Assembly (NCBI GenBank): GCA_040437565.1
Contig: JBDOQK010000086.1
Span: 61,926-81,925 of the forward strand
Source: Albugo candida
Taxonomy: Eukaryota
Direction of reading: 5' to 3'
DNA: 20,000 nt
The position numbers were made by a program, and so were the translations under genes. This document shows positions 8,873 through 20,000 of this stretch, one piece after another; within the stretch, counting starts at the first letter, position 1; the number at the start of each line of letters is the position of its first letter. Under the pieces are notes generated by a model, which saw only the letters and a list, made by a program, of their open reading frames with translations, was not told the DNA's origin and did no database searches.

Positions 8873-11464
8873 ATGGACGCACGGCACTGCGTGGATGGAC
8901 AAGCGATGATTCTCTGTCTTTTGATACGTTTCTATCTCCAGTCAGAGCTCACAAATGTGTCTGAAGAAACACGGTCGACGATTACAAGCAAAGGGCGAAT
9001 GGAACTGATAGTTTTTCTTTCACATTTGATCCAATCGACAAAGAAGTCTCGCTCAGGATATGCGGAGATAAAACGTCAATTAGGGATTGCTATAAGCTCC
9101 GTGGAAGATCAAAACAGGATTGCGAGGTGGTTGGAGAGTACAATTTCGTGTGCAATGAACTCGCTACATAGTCTGAATGAGCTTGTCGATAGCCTTAGCG
9201 ATTTGATTACATCGGACGCAACAACTTTGAGCCCACCATTATGTGACTCCAACGATGGGTTACTTATCGGTAAAGTGTCAACGACAAGCTTATTTGGTGT
9301 TTTTCTTCGGAACTTTAGCTTTCAAGTAAATCGACAACTCTTTGATGGTTTGACTCGCCTCTACGACGTAATGTCATCGTATATTGAAAGTGACCAGAAG
9401 GCAAACACAAAGCCCCAACAACGAAATAATCATTATGGAAGCTTGGATGCGGATGATCAAGGATGCATGCGATTCATTCCACATCGTGCACAGGGGCTCA
9501 CAGGATGGTCTTTTGCGTCTCAACAGATACGAACTGACGATGTGTTTGATTTGTACTGCAAGAATGTTGAGTCTGGCGATTATCCGAACGCCTTAGATAC
9601 GTTACATCGATATCACGACCTGGCGTTCAAAGACCGGGTCACTGAAAATACAACTAATATTGCCTGCAGCAAGACTGTATCAAACTCTGTCGGAATGCAG
9701 TATGCGGCATTGAATGTCGCCGCTTTACAGGTTGCGATGCACTGTTACGAGAGTGCTTATGAAGCTCTACAAGAGTCCATCAAAGTTGCAGAGCAACACG
9801 GAGACCATCTCTGTGTTGCGTTGGCATTACTCTGGTTATTCAAAATCCAGCACAAGTCGGGAAAAAATTTCCAAAGCACAATGTCTACCCTTCAAACATG
9901 GAGCACAGAGGCCGTTTCGACAAAGCCTCGAGCAGTAAGGATAATGGTGACTTTAGCGCAGTTGGAGTCTTTACTTTGTGCATCTGGAAAGGTCAAGTTG
10001 GAGGACGATATTATCCAGGAATGTATAAGATTACTTCCTAATGTTACAAAACCAACAACATATCCACTCAAAATATGGCTCAATTTCGGTGGAGCGCTAC
10101 GATCTCTTATGGAAATGTCTGACACGAGTTGTGCATTAGGCGAGGTTACATCAAGAAACACCGGTCAGCTCAATCGGATGCGTAATGGACCATTTGGAAA
10201 ACATATTCGAAACAATGCATCCACTGACAACCAATTGGGTTCCGGCTTGGCTTGGCTAACTTCTAGCAAAGCTACTTTGGAAGTACTTTGGCAGTTGACA
10301 GGTAGAGCATTCGTGGATACTTCAGTGCTCTTACGCATGTTTGGCAACCAGCATCTAGCAAGGATATTCAATCAGATATATGCAAAGTGCTACTCCGACA
10401 CTGCAACCATTGCCGATCTTGCCAGCGTTGTAGCAGAACTAGCCATGTACCAAACGTTGGACGAGCCAGTCATCAGCAAAGTTTTCGTATACGAGAAATC
10501 GATACGTTTTCTGATCGAACAAGCGCATGCATATCCAGGGTTAGTGAATCAGCGAGCTTTCCAATGTTGTACACATCGAATGTTCTTCAACTGGGCTTTG
10601 AATCGACACGAGTATATCCGAGCACGCGTGCATAGTGATGCGCTTATATCTCTTTGCCTAATTCGAGACGATCTCTCTGCGCATATAACTGCTCGAATGA
10701 CCATAGTAAGCTTACAAAGATCACAAAGGCTTTTTGAGGCGGCATTGAGATCGCTCGCATCATTGGAAACGATATGTCGACGACAATCCTGGACGTACCT
10801 TGTTTGTGACATTACGATACAGAAATATGAACTGAAATTTGAAGCTAATTCGCGGCAAAGTCTCTCAATAATGGAAGACGTGATTGCATGCGTGACGATA
10901 TGCGAGGGCCATGAATTTTCACTTTTAATAGCGAGAGCAAAGTTATTACTTGCAAAAATGTACGCGGTTATGGGACGATGGAACCTCACTGATTCAATAC
11001 TGATGGAAAATATATCTGTTGTCCTGGAGAACGGAAGCTTGCAGCTTCAAGGCCACTACTTATTGATGCTGTGCAAGTCCAAATTCACCAAACTTCAGAC
11101 ATGGGGACAAGATCTTCACTCTCCGAAACAAAAGTGTGATATTTGGACGGACCTGCTCAAAGCGCTTGATCATGCTTCTGCAAAGTTTGTCCTCATACAA
11201 GACGTGCATTCCTTGAAAGAAACACATTACTTAAGAGCGTTGTTGTACAATCACATGGAACGATGCGAACACGAAACTCTAATGACTTGTGGGGATCACG
11301 ATCCAGGAACGAAGGAGATAGCGGCATCTAAATTCTTCAAGCTGCAAAGCCAAGAGAGCATCGGGCCAACACGCTGTATTGACTTTATGTATTGTATGGC
11401 AGAACCGGAATCTATATTGCAATTGGTGGAAAAAAGAGCCAACGAAATGACTTGTATCGACTAA
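8873..11464 (+). CDS. APC5: Anaphase-promoting complex subunit 5 (~863 aa, apparently intronless)
   Basis: Long ORF; the track start at 8786 is GTG and the first in-frame ATG is 8873. ANAPC5-domain signature GDYPNALDTLHRYHD...QYAALNVAALQVAMHCYESAYEALQESIKVAEQHGDHLCVALALLWL, N-terminal SLFGVFLR..F..L..LY motif, and a helical TPR-like C-terminal half. Confidence 0.88.
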   Translation: MDARHCVDGQAMILCLLIRFYLQSELTNVSEETRSTITSKGRMELIVFLSHLIQSTKKSRSGYAEIKRQLGIAISSVEDQNRIARWLESTISCAMNSLHSLNELVDSLSDLITSDATTLSPPLCDSNDGLLIGKVSTTSLFGVFLRNFSFQVNRQLFDGLTRLYDVMSSYIESDQKANTKPQQRNNHYGSLDADDQGCMRFIPHRAQGLTGWSFASQQIRTDDVFDLYCKNVESGDYPNALDTLHRYHDLAFKDRVTENTTNIACSKTVSNSVGMQYAALNVAALQVAMHCYESAYEALQESIKVAEQHGDHLCVALALLWLFKIQHKSGKNFQSTMSTLQTWSTEAVSTKPRAVRIMVTLAQLESLLCASGKVKLEDDIIQECIRLLPNVTKPTTYPLKIWLNFGGALRSLMEMSDTSCALGEVTSRNTGQLNRMRNGPFGKHIRNNASTDNQLGSGLAWLTSSKATLEVLWQLTGRAFVDTSVLLRMFGNQHLARIFNQIYAKCYSDTATIADLASVVAELAMYQTLDEPVISKVFVYEKSIRFLIEQAHAYPGLVNQRAFQCCTHRMFFNWALNRHEYIRARVHSDALISLCLIRDDLSAHITARMTIVSLQRSQRLFEAALRSLASLETICRRQSWTYLVCDITIQKYELKFEANSRQSLSIMEDVIACVTICEGHEFSLLIARAKLLLAKMYAVMGRWNLTDSILMENISVVLENGSLQLQGHYLLMLCKSKFTKLQTWGQDLHSPKQKCDIWTDLLKALDHASAKFVLIQDVHSLKETHYLRALLYNHMERCEHETLMTCGDHDPGTKEIAASKFFKLQSQESIGPTRCIDFMYCMAEPESILQLVEKRANEMTCID

Positions 11465-11564
11465 TTTAAGCTAATTAATGAAGTGGAAATGCGATTGGTC
11501 ACTCTAGCGTCTCGTCCCGTCAAAAATATCTACATAGAGCTACAGAGCAGTGGATCCAGCGATC

Positions 11565-12556
11565 ATGTCGTGGACAGAATACAAAAAATGGGCGGATATG
11601 CAAGAATACAAAATACTGAGTTGGTTTGATGAATCAGAGCAGTACCTTTTATCGCCTATGCGCCACTATCCGCTCGCTGACTTTGCAACAGCAATCGCGA
11701 TCTGCATTGGCTACGTGACTTTTGTTATTATCGGAACGGTATGCGTTATCTGAAGTACTGATTAATGTTACGGGCTCACCGTGTTTTCATTACAGATAAT
11801 AATGAAAGCTGCTTTTCCCAAATTCAACACGAAACCTATTCAATTCTTGTACAATCCGATCCAAGTTGTGTTATGCTCTTATATGTGCGTTGAAGCTGGT
11901 ATCCAGGCCTATAGACATGTAATGCGTACTTTGATGGGATCGGAACATTAGACCAATTTGGATACGTGTATGTAGGGATACAGCTTGATGCCGTGCAATG
12001 CGTATAATCATAGAAAGCCGGTCATGGGGAACGTCCTGTACATGTTTTATTTGTCGAAAATTCTGGATTTTACGGACACTCTGTTTATTGTGCTCGGCAA
12101 AAAGTGGAATCAGCTGTCATTTCTTCATGTCTACCATCACTTGACCATTTTTATTGTATGTCATGTGTTAACCTTCTCATATTGATCCGCTGACACTTTT
12201 TCACATGCACCTAGGTCTACTTTCTCAATCTCCGACTGGCTTATGATGGCGACGTCTATGCCACAATAATTTTAAATGGCTTTATCCACGCTATCATGTA
12301 CATGTACTATTTCGTTAGTGCTCATACGCGCGACATCTGGTGGAAAAGATATCTCACCACCTTGCAAATGACTCAATTTGTACTGATGAATGTTCAAGGA
12401 TACATGACAGTAAAGAAGAATTGCGACGGAATGCCGGTCAAGATACTACTTCTCTACTTGGTTTACATTCACTCCTTATTCTGGTTATTCATGAACTTCT
12501 TTATCAAGTCATATCACACGGACACTCGTGATATGAAGCAAGCAAAAAGGCTTTAG
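11565..12556 (+). CDS. ELO/GNS1-SUR4 family fatty-acid elongase (delta-6 PUFA elongase-like), 4 exons, 272 aa
   Basis: Exons 11565-11738, 11796-11918, 11976-12155, 12215-12556. GT-AG introns of 57, 57 and 59 nt, all phase 0. The spliced product contains FYLSKILDFTDT, QLSFLHVYHH (HxxHH), NGFIHAIMYMYY, WWKRYLTTLQMTQF and LFMNFF. Confidence 0.93.
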
Positions 12557-12882
12557 CGAGGATGTGAGGATATTCTTATTTGCCGAGTAAATAAACTTTC
12601 TTTGCCTTTTGCCCCTGGTATAATCTATTATAGTACTATAGCTATTCCACCGTGAGATTGAGTGTATGCTGCAGCAATGTTGTGAATAGCTAAGCAACGA
12701 CTGAAATCGTACGACAAAATGAAACGAAACGCGCTACGCTAATGATTTGGAAATTATCCAAATTGATATTTAAGATTTTGTAAATTCTAATGAATTCAGT
12801 GATACTCTCTTCCTATTACAAAAAATAGTCTCACTGCACATCTCCAAATGAAAGGCTCATCATTTGTTTTAACATAAATATA

Positions 12883-13264
12883 AATGCGTCGACTGCTGTA
12901 TTCGATCGATGGGCTCTATCGTACCAATCTGTTTTTGATTTTACGGGGAAAATAAATGTTATGTCTCGCTCTGGCGTATTATTCAACGATTTATGCTTTC
13001 GCTCCTTGGAAAGGTGATAGAAAAACTTTAATTTATTCGGTCGTAGGATATGCTGGGAATGAATGCGATTTATTTTTTGTGGTTCTCGTAACCTTAATCA
13101 TTGATCATATGAATGTGGATAAAGGAGATTGTCTACATCATCAAGGCGGGCAACAAACTGATGCTTCGAGTGTCTCGTCTGTGCCATCTGTAGCAAGCTG
13201 TACTGTATCGTGTATGCTTATGTGGCGTACAAACGGTCTACGAATGGATTTTGTGCGGGTGTAG
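12883..13264 (+). pseudogene. Probable SWEET/MtN3 sugar-transporter remnant
   Basis: STAVFDRW (12889-12912), then after a frameshift STIYAFAPWKG...VVGYAG...LFFV...TDASSVSSVPSVASCTVSCMLMWRTNGLRMDFV. The order parallels oomycete SWEET motifs (FxAVYYRW; GYxG; TKDASS; LWxxYG; DxFV). The conserved SPL motif and N-terminal helices are not visible. Confidence 0.45.
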
Positions 13265-13579
13265 CGCGTGTCATCAGGCGAAATGCTAGCAAAAGTTACG
13301 GCTTCTTTATAGAAGATCTCTATCTATTCCTCCAAGTCCAATTCTCTTCAGAATAGGTCAAATCAAGTAGCTTACAAGCTTTAGCAAAATTTATTAGAGT
13401 CTATTCATCGCCTTTAATGCTAGATAGCAGCTCTGGAGGTAAATCATGCGAATCGACCATTGTTTTTACGAATCACGTATATTGTTGCTACCCACGTCGG
13501 TATGTTAGATGTGTTAAGCCTGCCTGGAGTGAAGCATGGAACTTGTATAGAAGCGATTACTTACACAGGTTTGTGTATT

Positions 13580-15990
13580 TCAGGAATGACTTTTAGAATC
13601 AGATACACATTTAATTGTTGAGGATACAATCTTCGACGAAAGGAAATTGCAGTCACTCTGTCGCGTTCTTGACGACCGTGGTGTGACTTTTATGACTGTT
13701 TCAACGAACTGACTACTTTGTAGCCTGCAAGCTTCGTTTTGATAGCAAAGAAGCAGGAATGCGAACATCGCCTTCTTATTTTATACAGCATTTTACAAAT
13801 TGGGCAAAGACGCTCGAAGGATTGTATTGCCCATCTGTATTGCGAAATTTAGATACGAGAAAGCCTCCACATTGGAACAAGAAAGAGAGAAATCGTTCAT
13901 CAACTTTACATCAGCTCTGACACAATAGCGCAAAGCTTTGCAATGCGATTCTCATTAGCATAATTTACGATAGAGCATTGAGAGATTTCGTCTATTGGAG
14001 TCTGTAATGGACTTGAACTATTTCCAATAAATCTTGATATGGAGTACACTCGGTTGGAATTGAACTCATCAAATTCTCAAGATTTATCTAGAATCGTGAA
14101 ATATCGCTAGCACTTATGAGTTGTAATCCAGATCGCGGGAATTCCATTACATTCAAATTTCATTTATACCGACCCGACTAAACAGTTGGGTGTGCTTACG
14201 ACGTATTTGACATTTCGTTTTCCCGTACTTGAACGACACTGATCTACTAGTGGTTGCGTGGAGAAGTTGTCAAGCAAGTACCTGAATTGCGCTGCCGGAA
14301 GTGCACACGAGGTACTTCGTTTTAGAATAATTGTGTATTGTACAGAGGAATTATGATTCAGATGCTGCATGAAACTGTCATACTGCTCGGATTCTATTCG
14401 TGTTGATATATCTATGTCATCGTGAGGACCCAAATTATCCAGATACATGGAAACCAACATGCAATCGACATTGTATGAATTTCCCAAACTGAAAATTGCG
14501 TCGGAACTTTTTCTTTATGTCACTTTCTTTCTTCGTGCTCAGTACAACCATTTCCTTGCATTTGACGTCCAAGTAGCACCAGCAATGATTCCGGTCTAGA
14601 TGTACATGATTTGTTGGAAAATGGAGCGATCCAACAAATGCCTAAAAGATTTTGCAATCGGCTTGATGCATCGTCGAACCCTCAAGTCAACGCCATTTAT
14701 CAAATTTGTCCACTGCGAAAGCATGACAGCATTTTCTCATCACCTAAAATATAGTCGTTCGTCGTTTGCACATTACAGATCAGTAAACCGATAAGCGTAC
14801 GACGTATACCAGTCATATACATCATAGGTGTCATGCTAGCGTTATCGCTTTCCATTCCAAGAAAAACTGCAAATGATGGAGGAGCACGAGTCCATGGATG
14901 TTTGGATTTCCTTTCGCGCGATTTTAGCTTACTTTGCCGACGTGTTGAGGTCTGACCGAGAGATCAGGTCTGGCTTTGGTTACAGAGCAACAGAACCACC
15001 AGCAGCCGCTCTTTGAACTCGCCTGTTTTCGGTTGACTCGTCGATAGGCGATCCGTGAATAGCTCCGATCAATTCCTACAGAAACGATTACTGCATCAGA
15101 CCCGCTTTACTCTTTAGACCTCGCCGTACTCTCGAGCGAACAATCCACCAATTTGTTTTTGATAAAATACGATAACTTAGGATCAAGAGCGTTGTTTTAA
15201 AAAGCAGCGTTTGCTGATCTCAGATGCTTTAGTCTTGACGATGACATTCGGCGAGTACAATAGAACCGCGTCGCATCCAAAGCGATGAAACAGAACGGCT
15301 ATACAATGCAATCAATTCGACATCATAGTAAGAAATAAATCATTGACAAGGACACGTTACTAAGTGTCATACTCGGGGAAGCAAATACGGCCCACTCAAT
15401 TACCTTAATGCAACAGCATCTTCCATATCAACCAACACTCCTTCTCATCAGTTAGTTGTGCACCGCATGACATTGTTATGGCATTGAGAGCAGCCGATTC
15501 CAACATTTATCGTTAAGCTTTAGACTCGTGACGCACATTTAGCGTGAGGTCAACACCTTGGAGCCGCCGACTTGACATTCCGAGCAGATATTTGAGAGTC
15601 CGATACAAAATGCAGCTCAAAGTTAGATAGTCGATGTTTTCTGCTCGATAGAACAAGCCATAGATAGTGTGTTGTTGCTGTACTTGTCTACGACGAAGTG
15701 GGCAAGATTGATACCAGCAAGGCACTACGAACCCGTTCAACTTTCAAGACTCGTTGACTGTATCGGCAAGAGATTCTTTTAGAAATAGTGACCGTCAACC
15801 ACCAGCAGCGTCGTCTGTAGTAATGAGGGAGCAAACTTTAAGGATGTCAATCAAGCGACTCTTTCTCATTACGTGAGATAGAATCATCCAAGACTGGCGA
15901 ATGAACTTGTGGAAAGAAGCCATGCACGCTCTGAAATGTAGCGCCAATAGGAAAATGACTTTTGAAACTGAGCCTACAAGTACGCATGGG
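13580..15990 (-). pseudogene. Unidentified, apparently decayed multi-exon gene
   Basis: Collinear protein-like minus-strand blocks interrupted by stops, e.g. TTLLVVDGHYF*, MLSQWTNLINGVDLRVRRCIKPIAKSFRHLLDRSIFQQIMYI*TGIIAGATWTSNARKWLY*...LGNSYNVDCML (continuing into ORF 14164-14487), and AFSYLNFAIQMGNTILRASLPNL*NAV*NKKAMFAFLLLCY. Intron-like GT..YAG segments lie between some blocks. Confidence 0.35.
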
Positions 15991-16172
15991 TGGCACTTAT
16001 TGTTGTGGAACAATCGCCTTGTAACAAGAAGAGGTGTCCCGGAAATATATTTGCATGGGACCTAAACATCTTTTCCGAACCGTTCTATTCAGACTATGAT
16101 CCGCGCCCAGTTGCAATTGAGCATCCAGTATACATGTTTGGATTTTTAATGGCAATTTCCAAGGATTTCTAG

Positions 16173-16928
16173 CTAAATGGTTACTGGCATTGCCTTTATG
16201 ATACGAATAGCTTCTCGCGGGCTGTACCAAATTGGTCAGTAATTTGCGACTTTGAATCTTCAAACACATACCAATCGTTCGGACCAGTAGGAACAAGTCC
16301 CATTCTCTGAATCACTTGCATACCATCGGAGATACGACCAAAAATTGTATGTTTACCATCCAGCCAAGGCGTTGGTGCCAACGTCACAAAAAATTGGCTT
16401 CCATTGGTATTCTTCCCCGCGTTCGCCTTGTGTTCATTTCGTCAGCGGTCAACACTATCAATTAGAGGCAAGAGACTGACTGGCTACCATTGAAACGATG
16501 CCAGCGCCTGTATGCTTTAGCGAAGAATCAATCTCGTCATCAAAGTGCCCTCTACCCAACAAAGCTATCAAACTGGCGATTGTTCCCTGCCGCATTTGAC
16601 GTACCCAAAAATCGATTCTCCGCCGCGACCGGTACCGCTCGGATCACCACCTTGGATCATGAAATCCTATTTCATGCGTGAGCTCTCTTGGCTTTATTCG
16701 TAGTACCTTACTTTGATAATTCGATGGAAAATGGTATTATTATAGTATCCGTTAGAAGCAAGTTGGCTAAAGTTGTGACATGCATTTGGGGCGTTTTGAT
16801 AATACAATTCTACTGTGAAGGTTCCCTGAAAAAAATGAGCTTTACGGGACTCGATATGAAGGGATTACACGCACAATGCTCGTTTCCACCATCACGTGTG
16901 TCACTGGAGGAGAAGACGTCATTTTCAT
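16173..16928 (-). CDS. PPIL1: Cyclophilin-type peptidyl-prolyl isomerase, PPIL1-like (spliceosomal), 6 exons, ~165 aa
   Basis: Exons (minus) 16928-16875, 16825-16712, 16666-16605, 16551-16488, 16426-16272, 16221-16173. GT-AG introns of 49, 45, 53, 61 and 50 nt. Spliced: [165 protein letters not shown]. Alternative start ATG at 16922. Confidence 0.93.
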
Positions 16929-18732
16929 CCGAAATCGAACCTAAAGGCAAGGTACACCAAGCACTGTATGTAATGGAACAGAGTAGATATCTACGCGCAA
17001 TGGGTGTAAGGCTGGCTCTAGAAGGAAGAGCCAACCATCACAAATAGCTTGTTCGATTCAATATTGCACATTTGCAAGTTTAAAATTGGAATAATACCCA
17101 ACAAGCAACGATAAAGACACAATTATCAGAATGCAAATGAAACGACTCGTGATAGTAATCAAGATTAGCATAATACAATCTGCTTACCAGTTTTTCCACC
17201 ACCAAAATCATCATCATGAGAACGACACATCCTTACGTGCTGATGGCGAGTCATTTCCAACATTAAATTCGCGTCATCTCCTTTTCAAGCCATCACTTCC
17301 CAATGCATTATGCAATGGATTTATAGAAATGAATGTGCTTTTTGGAAAGAAATGACGATTGACTTTTTATACTTTCCGAATATCGATTCAATGGTGGTTA
17401 CAATTGAATGATATACCGACGTGGGGCCTCTCAACCCGTTGTAAGAAATTAGTAAGACAAAAATATCTGAGGTATCTGCTGCATCACATGTATTTAGCAA
17501 CTAGTGCGCATCCGAATCGAAGAATCGATGCCGCTGCTTATACTTCTATTCCACTGGGATTGATGTGCTGGATAAGTTTAAAGAACGGCACATGGTAAAA
17601 TGGAGAACTATGAAATGCTAGCTCGCTGAAACTGAACCTTTGCGTGTACTTTTCTGACTAATCTTCATGATGTTTGTCATATTAGAACTGAAAGATGCCG
17701 CAAAGCAGGGAAAACTCGCGCCAACCCTTGATCATGCATGTTGTTCGTACGATAGGAAGCCAATAATAAAATGCAATTAACTCGCATACATTTTCGATAA
17801 TGCAATTTGGAGATTGTCACCGGTCACATTCCTGGTTTCAATATTTACACAATGAAAAATTGATTGATCACGATCTTGAGTGTCCTTCCCGCCGAGAATG
17901 GACAGGATAAATCTCACGCCCGATACAATATACAGTTATGAACTCGGGCGCATGAAGTTTATACCAAGTTGGATCAAATTGTAATTATGCGAGTGTGTCA
18001 GTCAGCGATTTGAAAAGACATGAACAACCAAATGGTTGATTGGGCCTGAACACACGAACGCTGCAGAAGCAGTGAGAGATCGATTCAAGTCTCTAATGCG
18101 TGCGCAAAGAGTATCTCCTGTACCTTTGACTAATCGGTATGTGTGAATGCCTACACGAGCTCGAAATTTCCAACTTTTGGCATCCCGCAGGTTGGCCGAT
18201 GAAAAGGCCACATATTCATATAAATGGTATCTCGGCATATACCGAGCTGACATCAAGAAAGTCAAAAAACGATAAAAGATCGAAGACGCAAGTGGTATCC
18301 GTATGCTTGCCGCGAGCAAAAATAGACCAACAGACCGACAGACCAAAGAAGCGCATATAGGGAAGATTGAAGAATAACCACGATACTAAAATATCATTTC
18401 CGTGGTTGGAGCAAGCTACGCCTTAACACAAGGCGCATAGAATGGTTTTTCTTCTGAATTTGCGAGGCGCATGATGAGCAATTTCTTTCAGCCACACTAC
18501 TTCTGACTAGAAAAGACGTCCCCGCAAGTACTGAAACCACTCAGGGTAAACGTGAACGAGAGACAGCATCTTTGTCTCCGTCGAATGTACCTTCTGATCC
18601 ATCCATGTGGACACCAAATCAAAAGCCCGCCAAATTGAGTCTCTAGCCTCCATTTTGTCACGTATGTCATGCTAGAAACTGCTATATCTCACTCATCCCT
18701 TGGACTGGTCTGGCCGCGACCCAAGTTACCTG

Positions 18733-18832
18733 NNNNNNNNNNNNNNNNNNNNNNNNNNNNNNNNNNNNNNNNNNNNNNNNNNNNNNNNNNNNNNNNNNNN
18801 NNNNNNNNNNNNNNNNNNNNNNNNNNNNNNNN
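18733..18832. other. Assembly gap (100 N) flanked by a 46-bp exact overlap
   Basis: 18687-18732 is identical to 18833-18878. Confidence 0.95.
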
Positions 18833-19635
18833 TCTCACTCATCCCTTGGACTGGTCTGGCCGCGACCCAAGTTACCTGAAGTAGTAATTTATGGCGCAAT
18901 TTGACTTATAAGAACTCAAAGATATTTCTGCACATGAGATCATGATTTGCGAAAAGAAATTGAGCAGTAAGCTGTTTATTTACGATCGTATCTTCTCGAA
19001 CCATATTTGTTAAGTGTAAAGACTCGTGGTACAGCAAAGTATGTCGATGTCTCGTGGTTAGATGCATTCTGAGGAGATTTCGAATATGATCAGTCAGGAG
19101 AAAGGGGATATTTGTGCATGCCGGCTTTTCGGAACATTTATTCATTAGCAAACAAGAGTAATGCATGCTCCTCAAAAACTGAAAAGAAACGGTCATATGC
19201 ATAATACTAGCCTAACGAATTCTGATTGTTTTACACTGATAATGTCGCTGCACCAAACGCTGACATTGCTAATGTTCGCTATACTTCCATCTTGATCTTG
19301 AAATTGCTTATCTTGGTGTTAAATATGAAACGACAAACTTAGTAAGTGGAAAAGGTTACCAGGCAAATAAATGTGTATCTCAAAGCAAATCTGAAATTGG
19401 TCCATTGAGATTTGTTCGCTGATGAGAGAGTTGCTGCTAAATAAATTCCAAGATAAGTATTCAACAAACTGCTTGTGGGCGTCGATAGTGGTCTAATTGG
19501 TAGGATGTCCATTTCCAAACAACAGCCATGTGTGCAAGTTCTCATTAAAGGTTTGCGCGCAGCTTGTAAAAATTACAGTATTCTAACATGTTCGGAAAGC
19601 TTGACTTGCTGACCACCAATCTAGCTTCAAAATAT

Positions 19636-20000
19636 CTATCCGGCTGATACCAGGATTGATCTACACTTGTCGTGGGCGTTCCTGTAGCAATAATTTCCGA
19701 GCTCTGAAACACTTGAATGATACTGCGTTGCGAGTTGATCCAACACCTTTGCAAGCCGAGCGCGTTCCTCTTGGTCGTAACACTGTCTTCGAAAGTACCG
19801 AACGCGCGCACTAAACGTGGTGTAGATCACGGAAAGTGCTGGAACTGTCGGATTTGCTGATCGCTGATCGAATAAACTACGATTCCGATCTGTCCAGACG
19901 AAGTGCAGTGTCACCGCTTGCAATGCAAGCCATACATCCGATATAATTTGCTGATAATCTTTCCAATCCGACCGTAGTGTTGGTACGATTGCACATGCAA
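19636..20000 (-). mobile_element. 3' end of a non-LTR retrotransposon (LINE, L1/Tx1-like) ORF2, continuing beyond the window
   Basis: The frame is open from the window edge: ...DWKDYQQIISDVWLALQAVTLHFVWTDRNRSLFD...VIYTTFSARVRYFRR. The W..L....L..VW..RN...F pattern is typical of the region after the zinc finger in LINE ORF2 C-termini. Confidence 0.7.

Noticed and set aside
9384..10989. Short alternative-frame and antisense ORFs inside APC5
   Set aside because: Shadow ORFs of a long coding sequence with no motifs.
12956..13264. Signal peptidase subunit (SPCS2-like) reading of this ORF
   Set aside because: Only a superficial two-helix resemblance; the SWEET motif order fits more positions.
16490..17047. 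ORFs 16490-16681, 16688-17047 and 16810-17034
   Set aside because: Antisense or off-frame shadows of the spliced PPIL1 gene.
17195..17220. His-rich stretch (HHQNHHH) in ORF 17131-17355
   Set aside because: A short CAY/CAT low-complexity tract in AT-rich intergenic DNA with no other coding support.
18687..18878. 46-bp direct repeat around the gap, and ORF 18669-18884
   Set aside because: Same overlap artefact; the ORF exists only by reading through Ns.

Overview
Eukaryotic draft-scaffold DNA with four 100-N gaps. It is most likely an oomycete, possibly Albugo-like. That call is inferred from the short 45-61 nt GT-AG introns, an oomycete INR/FPR core-promoter match and a Phytophthora-type elongase. 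The left part (1-7.5 kb) is gene-sparse and repeat-rich. It holds a 674-bp non-autonomous element with 44-bp TIRs, a 2.4-kb decayed Mutator/MULE transposon with long TIRs and an intron-containing dead transposase, and possible pseudogene and LTR debris. Next comes a candidate small secreted effector-like gene (7663-8226) and a compact conserved block: APC5 (8873-11464, +), a 4-exon ELO fatty-acid elongase (11565-12556, +) and a 6-exon PPIL1-type cyclophilin (16173-16928, -). Between the elongase and PPIL1 lie a probable SWEET/MtN3 pseudogene and an unidentified, apparently decayed minus-strand gene. The window ends in the 3' part of a LINE-like ORF2. I see no clear-cut new biological system. 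The best leads are the orphan secreted protein, the TIR elements and the gene remnants. All family calls come from motif recognition by eye; no database searches were run.
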